DNA of 64,000 nucleotides from a virus (Duplodnaviria; Heunggongvirae; Uroviricota; Caudoviricetes): IMG/VR virus record IMGVR_UViG_2718217789_000006; one strand, 5' to 3'. Shown piece by piece: positions 63,169 to 64,000 of this stretch (position 1 is its first letter; each line of letters starts with the position of its first letter). The notes under the pieces were generated by a model. It saw only the letters and a program-made list of their open reading frames with translations, ran no database searches and was not told where the DNA came from. The position numbers and the translations under genes were made by a program.

Positions 63169-63921
63169 ATGGCAACACCAAATCCCCTTGAGCCGGTAAA
63201 AGGTGCCGGTACCACTCTGTGGGTTTACAACGGCAAGGGTGATGCTTATGCAAACCCGTTGTCAGACGATGACTGGCAGCGACTGGCTAAGGTGAAGGAT
63301 CTGACGCCGGGCGAGATGACGGCAGAACCCTACGATGATAACTACCTGGATGATGAAGACGCGGACTGGACCGCGACCGGGCAGGGGCAGAAGTCTGCAG
63401 GAGATACCAGTTTTACGCTGGCCTGGAAACCGGGAGAAGAAGGTCAGAAAGGGCTTATAGGCTGGTTTGAAAGCGGGGATGTGCGGGCCTATAAAATCCG
63501 TTTCCCAAATGGCACGGTGGATGTGTTCCGTGGCTGGGTCAGCAGTATCGGTAAGGCCGTGACGGCGAAAGAAGTGATCACCCGCACGGTGAAAGTCACT
63601 AACGTGGGCAAACCTTCCGTGGCGGAAGAACGCAGCGAAATTACGCCGGCCACTGCAATTAAGGTGACACCGACATCCGGTACGGTGGCAAAAGGGAAAA
63701 CAACCACCCTGACGGTTTCTTTTGAGCCGGAAAGTGCAACCGACAAGACGTTCAGAGCGGTTTCCGCCGATCCGTCGAAAGCCACCATTAGTGTGAAAGA
63801 TATGACAATTACGGTAAACGGCGTGGCGACAGGTAAGGTGCAGATCCCTGTGGTGAGCGGAAATGGTCAGTTCGCCGCAGTGGCTGAAGTCACCGTTACT
63901 GAAGCGGGCGCTGCAGGGTAA
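63169..63921 (+). CDS. V: Major tail protein V
   Basis: Protein identical to the prophage-1 V. Confidence 0.9.
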   Translation: MATPNPLEPVKGAGTTLWVYNGKGDAYANPLSDDDWQRLAKVKDLTPGEMTAEPYDDNYLDDEDADWTATGQGQKSAGDTSFTLAWKPGEEGQKGLIGWFESGDVRAYKIRFPNGTVDVFRGWVSSIGKAVTAKEVITRTVKVTNVGKPSVAEERSEITPATAIKVTPTSGTVAKGKTTTLTVSFEPESATDKTFRAVSADPSKATISVKDMTITVNGVATGKVQIPVVSGNGQFAAVAEVTVTEAGAAG

Positions 63922-63934
63922 ACGGAGGTAATAC

Positions 63935-64000
63935 ATGTTTCTGAAAACAGAACAATTTGAATATAACGGTGTGTCCGTCACGCTTTCCGAATTGTCTGCG
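63935..64000 (+). CDS. G: Tail assembly chaperone G (3'-truncated by window)
   Basis: MFLKTEQFEYNGVSVTLSELSA identical to the prophage-1 G N-terminus. Confidence 0.8.
   Translation, partial: MFLKTEQFEYNGVSVTLSELSA

Larger units (their letters stand above)
32076..64000 (+). mobile_element. Lambdoid prophage 2 (partial; int through tail gene G)
   Basis: int/xis, immunity region, replication, nin region, Q, lysis, terminase, head, tail in canonical integrated-prophage order; right end truncated. Confidence 0.85.
63149..64000. repeat. Near-identical direct repeat (U end, V, G start), copy 2 of 2
   Basis: Matches 16840..17691. Confidence 0.85.

Overview
The window reads as an Escherichia-type chromosome segment made up almost entirely of two lambdoid prophages in tandem, both truncated by the window edges. 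All calls rest on reading the ORF translations and sequence by eye against remembered phage lambda, E. coli K-12 cryptic-prophage and EHEC proteins; no search or folding was run. Prophage 1 (about 1..31900) covers phage tRNAs, a late-region accessory locus, a phage-21-type lysis cassette, a lambda cos site, a near-lambda-identical head and tail module (Nu1 through J, lom, tail fibre), then three NleG-like effector paralogs and a DinI-like gene. Prophage 2 (about 32076..64000) starts with integrase and excisionase, then an early-left operon with a DicB/DicF-like module, an immunity region, replication genes with an internal iteron origin, a nin-type region, RusA, Q, a late region with intact NanS-p-like esterase and lysis genes, a non-lambda packaging and head module, and lambda-type tail genes about 99.9% identical to prophage 1. 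The strongest candidates for something undescribed are the accessory island in the prophage-2 nin region (QueH-like gene, cytosine-5 methyltransferase and a putative restriction endonuclease, 42630..45511), a 115-aa ORF inserted between pinholin and endolysin in prophage 1, and a structured non-coding element with conserved flanks and a variable core found upstream of nanS-p in both prophages. No stx genes, CRISPR array, rRNA or IS element was seen.
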